The notes beneath the pieces were generated by a model. That model ran no database searches, was not told where the DNA came from, and saw nothing but the letters and a program-made list of their open reading frames with translations. From Octopus bimaculoides (taxonomy: Eukaryota): a stretch of DNA of 63,679 nt. The stretch's first letter is position 1. Every line of letters begins with the position of its first letter. Where the stretch lies: NCBI RefSeq assembly GCF_001194135.2, contig NC_068981.1, forward strand, positions 137,168,184 to 137,231,862, read 5' to 3'. Shown here piece after piece: positions 23,059 to 35,056 of this stretch. Both the position numbers and the translations under genes were made by a program.

Positions 23059-24765
23059 TTAAGATGTTTGGGCCACATCTCTAGGTGTTGATGGTTTTAT
23101 TTTAGCTAAAAGCTTTGATGAAAGTGGTGATAGGGATTGCAGGGGAGGAGAAGTGGAACAACAATGGTTAACATTTTTGTTGGTTTTGTTATAGTTGGAT
23201 GGTGGTGGAATCGGAGAGGGAAGGGAACAAGCTGGAGATGAAGAATATATTTTTGGAGCTTGAATAGAAGGCAGAGTTGAATTGGAGCCAAGATTCAGTA
23301 GATGGTCTTTATCATGGATCAGCAAACACGTTGCAAGAATTTTATTTGGTTCACTAACTGTTATAGTAAACTTTGAAACACCAGTGTTGGGAGACACACG
23401 TAGAGCATGGCTTTTACCACCAGGAAATTTACATTCAAGTTCATCGATAAAAATTCGAATGAGTTCTTTTAAAAATCCCCCATGGCTAACAATTAAGACG
23501 TCAGCTATACTTTGATGGCAACTATCCCCATCATCAAAACTACTGCTACGACCAGAGCTCATACTAGAGAAGTTAGAATGACGATGTTCCAGTAGAGGAG
23601 AGAGCGATACATTGGGACAGCCATGCTTTGTTGTCTTTGGACATGGGATGCTCCCTCGAACCTCAGCATCTGTAACTGGTACTGTGAAAGGAGAGTCATA
23701 GCAGGAATCAGAATTCTTAAAACAAAAATCGTCGTCGTCATCATCGTCATCATCGTCGTCATCGTCATCATCACCATCATTATCAAGAGTATCATCATAT
23801 TCATCATCCAAATGAGCTGTGATACTATTATCATCCGAATCTAGTGTCTCACTCTCCTCCTGGAGACTGGAGAAACCAGAACTACTTGATGAGTTTGACC
23901 TTTTCATGTTTCCTCCAAGGTTACCATTCCCATTGCTAGTATTTGATGCACCATCAGTATGATCAACAATATTGCTATCATTAGTAGAGGTTCTATTATT
24001 ATTATTATTATTGTTTAACCTAATATCACCGGGTTTAGCAATACCAGACCCAATGGCTGAATTTATACCATTGGATCCAGTATGATTGGGGTTAACATTA
24101 TTGGCTCCTTTGTCCAAAAGCGTTACAGGCAAAGAGTTTTTTGATACTCTTGCTGTTTCAACCACAACCAAAGAGGAAGAAACTGAGTTAATAGATGCAC
24201 TGTTTTTATTTTCAGGCTTTGCTATTATATCATTTTCACAGCCATCATTCAGTTCGGTGTTATTACTTTCCAAAGATGACAAAGAATTCCTTGTTCCTGC
24301 AGCTACTGCTGGAGTACATCCATCGTTACAGTTCTTATTTCTGCTACTGCTATTTGTCAATTCCTGAACTGAAGAAATCGTCCCAGAACTTTTATTAGAA
24401 TTTACAGTGATTCCTTGATCACTGAGAGTTGCTGGGACAGAATGCTTTATTCTGCTGCTGCTCTTTTCACTTACGATTGCAATTTCCAGCTTTGAATTTG
24501 GGTTATTGTGATGCTTAGCATGTGTGTGTCTTCTCCGCTTGTGTTCACTATCATCGTAAGCTGCAGTCGTTATCACTGGTTTTATATTTACTGAGCAATC
24601 AGTCTGATCAGTTTTAGGCTGTTCATGCTCTTGTTTTGTACTATTGATTGCATCTATATAGCGGCGCTTAATTGGTGCAGGTACATAATTGCCATCTTCT
24701 ACCTGGCTGCTTTTACGTATTTGATCACACAAATCTTTGAAGAATGATTTTGCCCTTTCTTGCAT
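23059..24765 (-). CDS. TIGAR: TIGAR-like histidine phosphatase, terminal coding exon (568 aa, phase 0 start, TAA stop)
   Basis: 1.7-kb uninterrupted frame directly after an AG acceptor (24766-24767) with a pyrimidine tract. Starts MQERAKSFFKDLC (TIGAR helix equivalent to VKMRGIDFFEFLC). Contains DVLIVSHGG (His codon 23482-23484), SPNTGVSKF and TCLLIHDKDHL, typical of the TIGAR C-terminal half. Confidence 0.93.
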   Translation of the reverse strand: MQERAKSFFKDLCDQIRKSSQVEDGNYVPAPIKRRYIDAINSTKQEHEQPKTDQTDCSVNIKPVITTAAYDDSEHKRRRHTHAKHHNNPNSKLEIAIVSEKSSSRIKHSVPATLSDQGITVNSNKSSGTISSVQELTNSSSRNKNCNDGCTPAVAAGTRNSLSSLESNNTELNDGCENDIIAKPENKNSASINSVSSSLVVVETARVSKNSLPVTLLDKGANNVNPNHTGSNGINSAIGSGIAKPGDIRLNNNNNNNRTSTNDSNIVDHTDGASNTSNGNGNLGGNMKRSNSSSSSGFSSLQEESETLDSDDNSITAHLDDEYDDTLDNDGDDDDDDDDDDDDDDDFCFKNSDSCYDSPFTVPVTDAEVRGSIPCPKTTKHGCPNVSLSPLLEHRHSNFSSMSSGRSSSFDDGDSCHQSIADVLIVSHGGFLKELIRIFIDELECKFPGGKSHALRVSPNTGVSKFTITVSEPNKILATCLLIHDKDHLLNLGSNSTLPSIQAPKIYSSSPACSLPSPIPPPSNYNKTNKNVNHCCSTSPPLQSLSPLSSKLLAKIKPSTPRDVAQTS

Positions 24766-25841
24766 CTAAAACAGAAAAAGAAAGATATATTCAGTAAAAC
24801 AATGCTTTAATAAAATGGTACTAATTGGAAAAACCAATTATAAATTATATAAAAAAGTGTCTTTTAGTCAGTATGTATAAATCACTTTAGAATGTATCTT
24901 CCACAAAATTATTACAATAAAAATCAGGGTCTAAAGAAGAAATTATTATATGCCAACTAAACCAGTAAATGAAAATGTTTTAAGCTCTTTATATAAACAT
25001 ATTGACAGATATATATTTTGGTTAACACTTAAAGCTGATAATATTTTTAAAATCTCTTTCAGTCCAAGAGAAAGGACAAACCTCCTCCCATGACCCATTA
25101 CAAAACTTTAGGAGAGGAGGGAATGTATCCTAGAACAAGAAACCTAACTTGGATGCTTGCTACTGAGTGGATCCTGTTACTTTACTGAGCCTTAATCTAA
25201 TGGTTAGGGTGGTGCACTCGTGATCATGGTTTCAATTCCTAGACCGGGTGGTGTGTTGTGTTCTTGAGCAAAATACTTCATCCCATGTTGCTCTATGATC
25301 ACTTCGACACCTGATACGTGGCACACTGTGCACTTGTTCCGGCAACGTTAATTTGATGAAAGGAGTGAGCTAATGAACAGCACATACATTTGATCACTAT
25401 AAACAAATCATTTGTGCAGGTCGTTTGACAAAAGCTGAGCGCTCATATGTCGTCTTTGATGGGATATTCTATCATCATTATTATTATTAGTTTACATGTT
25501 GGTATCACATAAAAAGCACTCAAGCCAATACCATGTAAAAGTGCTTGTGCCATTGGTATATTAAAAGTACCCAGCACACACTGTAAAGTGGTTGGCATTA
25601 GGAAGGGCATCCAGCTGTGGAAGCGAAGCCAAATCAAACTGGAGTCTGGTGCAGCTTCCCAGCATGCCAGCTCTGGTCAAACAGCCCAACCCATGCCAGC
25701 ATGGACAACAGGCATTAAAGGATGATGATGGTAATTGATGATTAATGATGATGATGATGATGAATGAGATGATGATGCTGATTGATTATTATTATTATTA
25801 TTATTGACTGTATGATGATGATGATGTTGTAAAAGAATTAC

Positions 25842-25952
25842 CTGTTGTAGAGTTTCTGCGCCAGTTGGTGTATAATTGGCCACAGAAGTATTTATTTTTT
25901 TGGCAGCAGTCACCAGTTCACGATAACCTTTTCCCTCAATGATACCAAATTT
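25842..25952 (-). CDS. TIGAR: TIGAR-like coding exon (111 nt): KFGIIEGKGYRELVTAAKKINTSVANYTPTGAETLQQ
   Basis: AG at 25953-25954, GTAATT donor from 25841, phase 0-0. The K-x-G-x-x-E-G and TPxGAETL motifs match histidine phosphatases and join in frame to both neighbouring exons. Confidence 0.93.
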
Positions 25953-27485
25953 CTAAAATTAAAAATAAATAGATATAAAATAAACAGTTAATACGATGTT
26001 GTATACATGAAAGATAATGAAAAAAAAAAAAAAAGCAGAAATATTTGCAATTTAAACAATATTTTGGACAAAAGTTAATTCAAAGTGTGCATTGCACAGA
26101 CTCATAAATATATTATTAATACATCCCTATCACTCATATCATTTTAATATTTTGTAATATGGTGAAAGAAGCAAGCTGACAGAATTGTTAGTATGCCAGG
26201 CAACATGTTTATGGCATTTCGTCTGCCTTCATGTTCTGAGTTCAAATTCCACCAAGGTCCACTTTGCCTTTCATCAGTTTGGGGTCAATTAAACAAGTAC
26301 CAATTGAACACTGGGGGCGATGTAACTGACTTACCCCTACCTGAAATTGCTGGTCTTGTGCCAAAGTTTTGAAATCATTATTTTGTAATATGGTATTTGC
26401 TGTGAAGGTGCATGGCTTAGTGGCCAGTGGGTATTCAGCTCACGATTGTAAGGTCGTGAATTCAATTCCTGGCGATATGTTATGTCCTTGAACAAGACAC
26501 TTCATTTCATGTTACTCCAGTCCACTCAACTGGCAAAAATGAGTTGTACCTATATTTAAAAGGGCCAGCCTTTTTGCATTCTGTGTCACGTTGAATCTCA
26601 CTGTTTTCCTCCTTTTTCTTTTGAACTTTCCTATGTCTGCTGTCTCTGAAGATCTATGCTTGAAACCTAAAACAATCATTCTTTCCTTCTCTGTGCGTCT
26701 TAATACTTTGCATGTGCTACGTCCTCCCTTTTTTCATTTTTTTCGTGTTGTCTTTTTTCTCCGTTTTCTTTAATCAACTATATGCATATATACGAGTGGT
26801 CAAATGAAAGAAGGGCACTCAACACATTTATTAGGAGTTACATGTATGGATCAAAACAGTTTGATTCAAATATATAGGTACTCCGAGAGTTTTAAGCATG
26901 ATTCTAATCTTCAGCCATATTGAATTCAAACACACACACACACACATACTGGGATTACATTTATATTTTATAGTTAAGGTATTATAATAACATGTACTGG
27001 AGTGCTGGCATTACACAAATAGAAAAAAAAAAGAGTAAAAACAAAGATCAATGCGGACACTACTGCACTAATAAATCAGAAGAAAGCAAGCGAACATTCA
27101 TAAAAAAGACTTTTCTGTTAACCATTAGGAGAGACTAAACGCATTATAGATTTGCTTCCAGTAGGATAGAAATTTAGGGAATTTAAACAAGAGACAGTTA
27201 CATTGGAAACTATTTCAGTAATTTACTTTAGAACAATTACTTTAACACTCTTGTTATTGTATTATTAACAGAATATACAGCTCATATGTTTCAACTGATT
27301 TAAAAATAAAAATAGTCAAGAATTTTAAAGGGCTTAGTAAAATAACTAACTTTGCCATTACTAAGGTTGGTAGAATTTCCCTCTTAATTGGAGAAAGAAA
27401 ACAAGAAAACACAGTCATAAATGTTGGCAACTCTCAATTTTTATTATTAAGCAGGTTCTAAAATAAAATGATGATATATGATTTA

Positions 27486-27698
27486 CAAGGGGGTGCAGAA
27501 GAGTTCCTGGCTTTGGGTAAAACAAAATACAGGAGGATCAGTTAATTATGATTTTATTCAACATATTCCCCTCTCAGATTCACACACTTATTGCAGCAGT
27601 CCTTCAGTTTTTCTAAGCCCTGTAAAAGAACTTGGAAGGTTGAGCATTCAGCCCTTTCGTGATACCCTTAAAGCCAGGAAATTCTCAGCACCCCCTTG
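27486..27698. mobile_element. Mariner-derived MITE (213 bp)
   Basis: 29-bp TIRs CAAGGGGGTGC...TTCCTGGCTTT (4 mismatches), TA target duplication, and a minus-strand remnant CNKCVNLRGEYVE* of a mariner transposase C-terminus. Confidence 0.85.
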
Positions 27699-30519
27699 TA
27701 AGCTCAAACATAAACTCTTTAACGCAAATAGTTTTATGTTATAGAACTAAGAGTGGTCTCAAGTAGGCTGGTATCAAAAAAAGGTAAAATTCTCATATGA
27801 CACAAGATTTCTCAAGGGTTGCATAATTGACAAGAGTGATGATCAACTGACAAAAACTCAGATTTCATAGCCAAGACAATTAACTCTTGGTGGCCCTCTC
27901 CACCTAACTCTAAGTTTGTACCACAAATGTATAATTTACTACTATAGGCAGTGGTTTCCTTGTAAAACTGATTAAGTATTTACTGGCTTGTAATGCCAAG
28001 TTCAGTTCCAACCTTGGGTAATGCTATCAGCAATACGTGAATACCTAGTCCAATGAGAGACTTCCCTCCATTTATTTACTGCTATTGGAAACAGAGACAA
28101 GTGGGCACTTTCTCTAAGGAGCCTAAAAATTTGGAAAGGATTAGCAAGATTTTTGTACAAGCAACAATATTATTTGTTAAATACACAAATGTAATCCCAA
28201 ACAGATTCAGAACACTGCTATAAATTATAATTTTTACTTCTAAACAGCTAAATCATATTCAACAATATAAGAACATTATAAATAATTAGAAAAAGATAAC
28301 ACTACTACTATAATGAAATAGAGTCCAAGTATTTTATTCTTCTGTTATCACGAGTAAGAACTGAAGTATATATTTTAAATGAGTTCTTACATTGTTGTTA
28401 TCAGTAAATTATATTGGCAATATAAAACCACACAGTATTTTAGAAAGATTACTTCATTATATCTGCTTTTATGATTTGATAATATCAAGAGATCTTTCAA
28501 AACTACCACAGGATAAAGAGATTTGATAAGATTGGTGATATCTCTGACAATCATATTGAATATTGTTACGTATCTTCCTTACGTCACTTTGCCATCGTTG
28601 GAATAGTATGTTAGGCTACACTGACCCAGAGGAATATGTCATAGCAACATGACACAGGAACAAAAGAACGGCAAAAAGTGGAAGTACTTAATGGAATATA
28701 GAGTAACAGTTCAGAATTACTTGACAATAAAACCAACAAGGACAAGAAAATAAAGATGCCAAAAAGGCACTATTATACATATATAATTCTTATAGTAGTT
28801 CTTCGTTTATTTTTATTTTGCTGTATTTTTCTTTCTAGCAATGGACATTTAGGCATCATAAAGCTTTTGTACTGATTTAGAAAGCAAAAAAAAAAAACCC
28901 AGCTAAGTTCACAATTTTTGCCTGTCATCTTTTATAGACATATTTATGGTTATGAGAAGCCTTTTCATGGATGCAAGGAATAGTAGTGAAATATACCTCA
29001 AATTATAGCCTAAGCCTTGATTACAGTTCTGCTCAAGAGCTAAACAACATTATAGTTTGGGTCATAAAATATTATTTTAAGTTACTGGTGGACAATAGGA
29101 TAGTGACTGAAGCTCAGCTTAAAACCCACAACAGGGTTAGCAAACGAATAGAGAGGTCTGTTTGACAAGACACTATTCATAAATCACAAGCTAACATTGT
29201 GGTAGGACAGTATTGTAGATCAGGGTAATAACATATACAACATAAGTTTGAAGAGAAGATGAGGAAATCTTTCAAGTTCTTTTCTCTGGGGAAGTGTCAT
29301 AGTTAAAATAAATATAGATACAAGTATGGGTGTGTGGTAAGAAATTTGCTTCCCAACCACATGGATCTGGGTTCAGTCCCACTGTATGGCATCTTGGGCA
29401 AGTGTCTTCTACTATAGCCCTGGGCTAACAAATCTTTGTGATTGGATTTGACAGATGGAAACCAAAAGACCATCATCATGATCATCATTTAATGTCTGTT
29501 TTCCATGCTGGCATGAGTTACACACACACACACACACACACACATCTATGTGTTTGCCTTAGTGTTTGTAATTGTCCCCCACCACTGCTTGACAACTGGT
29601 GATGGTTTGTTTACAGCCCCATAAATTATTGGTTCAGCAAAGGAGATGTGATAGAACAAGTACCACACGTAAGCAAAATAAATACTAAGATTAATCAATT
29701 CAACTAAACCCTTCAAAGTGGTGCCCCAGCATGACCGCCGTCCAATGACTGAAACAAGTAAAAGATAGTTACTGTGGTTTCTTTGATCTCAGACCCTTTA
29801 CCTGCTGTGTACAGAATTTTCCTTTCTCTTCCTCAATAAAGGGCTTCTTCCTTCCCACATAGTAACTACATTCACACTACAACACTTCTGCTTCAATTAT
29901 TTCCTATCAATACAAACCCTCGTTAATTTCTTCCAGTTCTAGATTACCTGAAACTTGGTGCTCACCCATCTATATCCATTCATACATATTACATATGACT
30001 CCTTTGTATATGATTGAACAGCTCTCATGGGCCACTAGCTTTCTGATTGCCCACCAGAGTTACTAAACTTGAAGAGAAAAGAATAATTTTGACAATATCA
30101 TGTGTGAAGAGGATGAAGAAGTAGGAAGTGTTATGAATAATGATATAGCATATGAAGTAACATATGCTATATCAGTGGAGAAAATATGTAGTAGAAATGA
30201 TAAAAGCTTGTTTGTTTATTCTTAAAGACAGTACAAAGTAAGGAGAGGGGGGAAAAACAGATAAGTGTTACTATGCCAGACTTTTTGAATAAATAGCACA
30301 AAATAAACAGAAATATTCTACTGGATCCAATGCTGAGGCCAACGGTAGAAATAATAAGACAAGGAATAGTGAATAAAACAATTATGTCAATGAAGTCACA
30401 GAAAGCAGCTAGAGTAATTGCTGATATGTTGAAAATATCAAAGAAGTTTAGGTAATCCAAGTCAAATTTGTGTAGGAAGGTGTTATTCTTGCTACTGGTA
30501 TACACAGCAGAAATGTTTC

Positions 30520-30950
30520 ACTGTAACAAAAGCAAGGAAGATGCACTGGAATGGAGTTAAGCTAATGGATTACGTAGTGAAAGTGTTAGACAGTTTGTAA
30601 CCAAGCTAATATACATGAAAAAGCTGTGATGTACAAAATGTTATTTAGTTTATTCCAGGATGATGATGATGATAATAAAAAAACCGAAAAAAAGCATCAT
30701 AGATGTCATATATTTAGCTGGCAAAACAGCAGGAGATATGATGACGACAGGGAGACGAATTTGTAAACAAAATGAATGAGTAAAAAAATTAAAAAATAAA
30801 TAAAGGATAGTGGGGGAAATATGGCTAAAGGTATCATTGGCAATAGGAAAATGGATTTTAAAACAATAAAGACATACATAATGATTGTGCTACTTGTAAA
30901 GGAGGAACTCAGTCAAGGGCAAACTATTCTATTTTGCATTTGTTGATCTT
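30520..30950 (+). mobile_element. Decayed RTE-like reverse transcriptase fragment
   Basis: Broken frames give GVKLMDYVVKVLD, IDVIYLAG and KLFYFAFVDL, resembling RTE RT motifs (YRGIKLL..., TDAIF, LYxAFVDL). Confidence 0.5.
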
Positions 30951-31612
30951 TAAATGAATATATAAAGAAATGAACAAAGTAAAAGAGCCTTTGATGGTGT
31001 CATACATTTTACAGTCTGGTGGGCAATCAGAAAGCTAGTAGCCCATGAGAGCTGTTCAGTCGTATGCAAAGGAGCTAAATGTAATATATACAAATGGATA
31101 CAGATGGGTGAGCACAAAGTTTCAATAGTTCCTAATGACTTATTTATATATTTTATAATGCAATCAATGAACAATAGTGGCATTAGTTACACGTTTTCAA
31201 TGGCTTAATCACTGCTTCATTGCATTTCTGACAGTGGTGCTGACAAGAGTGTCTGCAACTCAGTGTAGAACAAATATCACATTCATACAGTTTCCTTGTT
31301 GGTGTTTGTATCCATTGCCAACATATATCAGTGAAAGAAAGGAAGTACAAACACACACACACCATCGTCATCATTTTAATATCCACTTTTCCATGTTTAC
31401 ATGTATTAGATAGAATTTATTGAGGCAGATTTTCTATGCTCGGATATCCTTATGACACCAACCATTCCCTGTTTCCAAGCAAGGTAATTTTTTTCCCAAA
31501 GCTAGACATATTCTCACAGAGTATTGGAAATGAAGGACACTGTTTCAATGACAGTGACAACCATTTTACAACTTTTACATGATGTCAAGACAATGTGACA
31601 CAAACCACCCCA

Positions 31613-31662
<50 letters not shown>

Positions 31663-33289
31663 TGCATAAATATGCCATGTGAAAAGTTTGCAGTCCACTC
31701 TGTAAAGTGGTTGGCATTCAGAAGGGCAGTAGAGCTTGATGCAGTCCTCTGGCTTGCCAGCTCCTATGAGACCATCCAACCAATGCCAGCAGGGAAGATG
31801 GATGTTAAACTACTACTACTGCGATGGTGACGACAATGATACATACAATGCACTTCTTTCAGTTTCCATCTATCAAATCCACTAACAAGGCTTTGGTTGA
31901 TCTATAGTGATGACACATACACCCAAGCTGCCATGCAGTGGGACTGAACCTAGAACACCATGTAGTTAGGAAACAAACTTCTTACCAAACAGCCAAACCT
32001 GTGCCTAGAGTAGATATGAACGTGTAGTTACAAAATTTGTTTCCTGGCAACTGTGATTTTGAGTTTGGTGCCACTGTATGGCACCCTGGACAAGCGTGTT
32101 CAGGTTAACCAATGCCTTACAAGTGGAATTGGAAGATAGAAACAGAGAGAAAGCCCATCAAATCAGTGTTTTTACAAAAACAAAAAAGAAAGAAAGAAAA
32201 ATAATGCATTTGCGCTAACATAAAATACCATTGAATTTAATATACTAAATAAATATTCATTACTTCATTCATATATCATCATCATCATCATCATCATCGT
32301 TTAACGTCCGCTTTCCATGCTAGCATGGGTTGGACGATTTGACTGAGGACTGGTGAAACCGGATGGCAACACCAGGCTCCAGTCTGATTTGGCAGAGTTT
32401 CTACAGCTGGATGCCCTTCCTAACGCCAACCACTCAGAGAGTGTATATATATATATATATAATTTGCATACAATAGACAAAATGTTACTGATCTTCCATA
32501 GATCACTTTATCATAGTGTAAACATCACATCTACTAGTCCTGTATAGTTGAAATACTATGCCAGGCTGCACTGACCCAGAAGACTATGTCTTAGCAGCAC
32601 ACATGACACATGAACAAAAGAATGACAAGACTTGAAGGTCATTAAGGGAGTATGAAATAAAATTTCAGAATTAGATGACAATAAATCAACAAGGATGGGA
32701 AAATGTTTCAAGAAACCGTAAAGAAGTCTAAAAGAAATTTTTTTTTTAAGTTTACACATAAAGCAAAAATAAATGATATATAGAATAATTATTTATATGC
32801 AAAGAATATAATAAAACTATAAATTCAATGATTGTTTTGAATACCATATGTAAAATGTTCTTAGGAATTTCTCTCTTAGTTGGTGAAAGAAAACAAAGAA
32901 AAAAAACCCTTAGTTGCAATTATTGGTGACATTCAAAGTAAAAAGGGAGATAGTTTTAAGAAATTTTGAATTAATTTTCTATAAAATCATATTTACATTT
33001 AGTGTGCCCCAGGTGGTTAATTTATTATAGGGAAGACAGTTATTCCTAGATTAATTTAAATTGAAGCAGATTTGAAAGTTTGGATTTTACATCACAGTAT
33101 AAAGAAGGTGTACAGAGCATGGACATTGAATTTTTAAAAACACTTTATAAAGTTCTTGAAGTTGGTTGAGCATGTGTGTGAAAGAAAGTGAGATAGAGAG
33201 AGAGACAGAAGTAGATCATGAAAGAGACACAGATAGAGACATAAGACAGGGAGACAAAGAGAGCTCGAGATACACACACACACACACAA

Positions 33290-33320
<31 letters not shown>

Positions 33321-33435
33321 TATTACATAACACATCATGTGAAACAAAATCTATCTCAAAAAATAAACCTTAAAAGTATAAAACACACACACACACACAC
33401 ACACACACAGAATCCACAGAAGTTATAAAACTTAC

Positions 33436-33632
33436 CCGTTCCCGAAGTCGTTTGTCATGGACTATAACAATATGTTCACAGCATTTGTTGTTTTCTACTA
33501 TCACCTTTGCGGTTTCAGCAGCACGGTTAAGGTCACTTGCAAAGACATGGGTAAAGTTCTCGTTTTGTAGCCGACCAGCTACCAGACGGACTTGGTCGAG
33601 ACCAGTAGATGATAATTGCCAATCTTTCTGGC
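33436..33632 (-). CDS. TIGAR: TIGAR-like coding exon (197 nt): (G)QKDWQLSSTGLDQVRLVAGRLQNENFTHVFASDLNRAAETAKVIVENNKCCEHIVIVHDKRLRER
   Basis: TTGCAG acceptor (AG 33633-33634), GTAAGT donor from 33435, phase 1 start and phase 0 end. Contains FTHVFASDLNRA (substrate-binding Arg) and DKRLRER (catalytic Glu). Confidence 0.95.
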
Positions 33633-34019
33633 CTGCAATAAGGAAATATCTCTTTAATGCTAAATATATCCAGACATGATAATTTAGTGACAATTTCGCT
33701 GACGTAATGTAGAAAGATACAGAAATAAAAAATATCAATATAAAATAAACAAAACAATACATATACACTGAATATTCATCAAATGTTCAATCTACAATAT
33801 GGAGTGTGTGTGTGTGATGTGTGTACGCATATATAACAAAAATGAGCTAAGAAAATAACTCATGGCTGGTGGAATGTATTTGAACATAGACAAATACAGG
33901 TATATCAGATACCATGCAATAAGAATCCTTGATTTATTAAAATTATCTCTAGGGTAAGTGCCATTATGGTATTGTGGTAGCAATTGTAGTAAAATAGACA
34001 GAGATAGGAGAAAGCATTC

Positions 34020-34890
34020 CTGTAAGCATGAGTGATTTTATGCCAGTCAGTTAAGTGGTCTTTGTTTGGTCATGGTCTAACATTTCTGAATGTATAGTAG
34101 CAGCACCATTCCAGATATGAGTAATATTCCATTGTGTGTCCTACTTGAGCCTTGTAGAGCATCAGCAATTGTCAGAGGCTTAGATATTTTCAGACCCTGA
34201 TGAGAAAGGCCAGTCTTTGGGATATAGTCCCGGTTATGTTGAGAATGTGCCTGGTCATAGTGGGGCCTAAAATTTGGATCAACCTTGGAAGCTGGCTGTA
34301 AGTTGAATGCTGCTCATGTTTAAGTTGGGTGTGGTGCAATGCTGTTTTCTTAATATGAGTAGTGCCTGAGTTGCTTTTGCCTGCTGATAGAGACAAAAAT
34401 TGGCCAAGCTGCACTGGATCATGTTTATAGGTTTCCATTCATGAAATTGGTACTGATTTGGTGAGTGGTGTTTAGATTGTATGAGGATGATGCAGGTTTG
34501 AGGAAGATTAGGGTAGAATGAAGGTTTGTATCATCTGTGTAAGAGAATGCATGGTTGTATGTGACAGCAAGTAGGTCATTGATATATAGAGGGAAGGGAA
34601 GAGAAGAGAGTGTGGAATAAAACTCACTCCTGGTGCTCATCGAATCTGATTGAGAAAGGGACAAAAATAGTTCTATCGATATGCTGTGATGATGTGATCT
34701 GATAAGAAAAGGAGTGGAAGACAAAAACCAAACTCTGGAGAATATTGAAGTTGGTTCAGAATGGGACAGAAAGAGCTCCATCACCACACACCATGATTGT
34801 ATGATCTGAAAGGAAACTACTGATGCAAAAGATGAGAGAAGGATGGAACTTCTAAGTACAAAGTTTTGATAGTAGATTTGTATAACAAAC
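34020..34890 (-). mobile_element. Decayed CR1/Jockey-like LINE reverse transcriptase fragment
   Basis: LYINDLLAVTYNHAFSYTDDTNLH matches the FINDL...YADD RT motif; surrounding frames are disrupted. Confidence 0.55.
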
Positions 34891-35020
34891 ACAGCCAAAA
34901 GCTTTACTGGAAACTAGAGCAGCAATGTTATTTTTACTGACTTTCTAAACGGCAAGAACCCCACTGGTGGGTCTCCACTAGGTTTGGCTCTATGGAAGCC
35001 TTACTGGTGGTCATTAAAGT

Positions 35021-35056
<36 letters not shown>

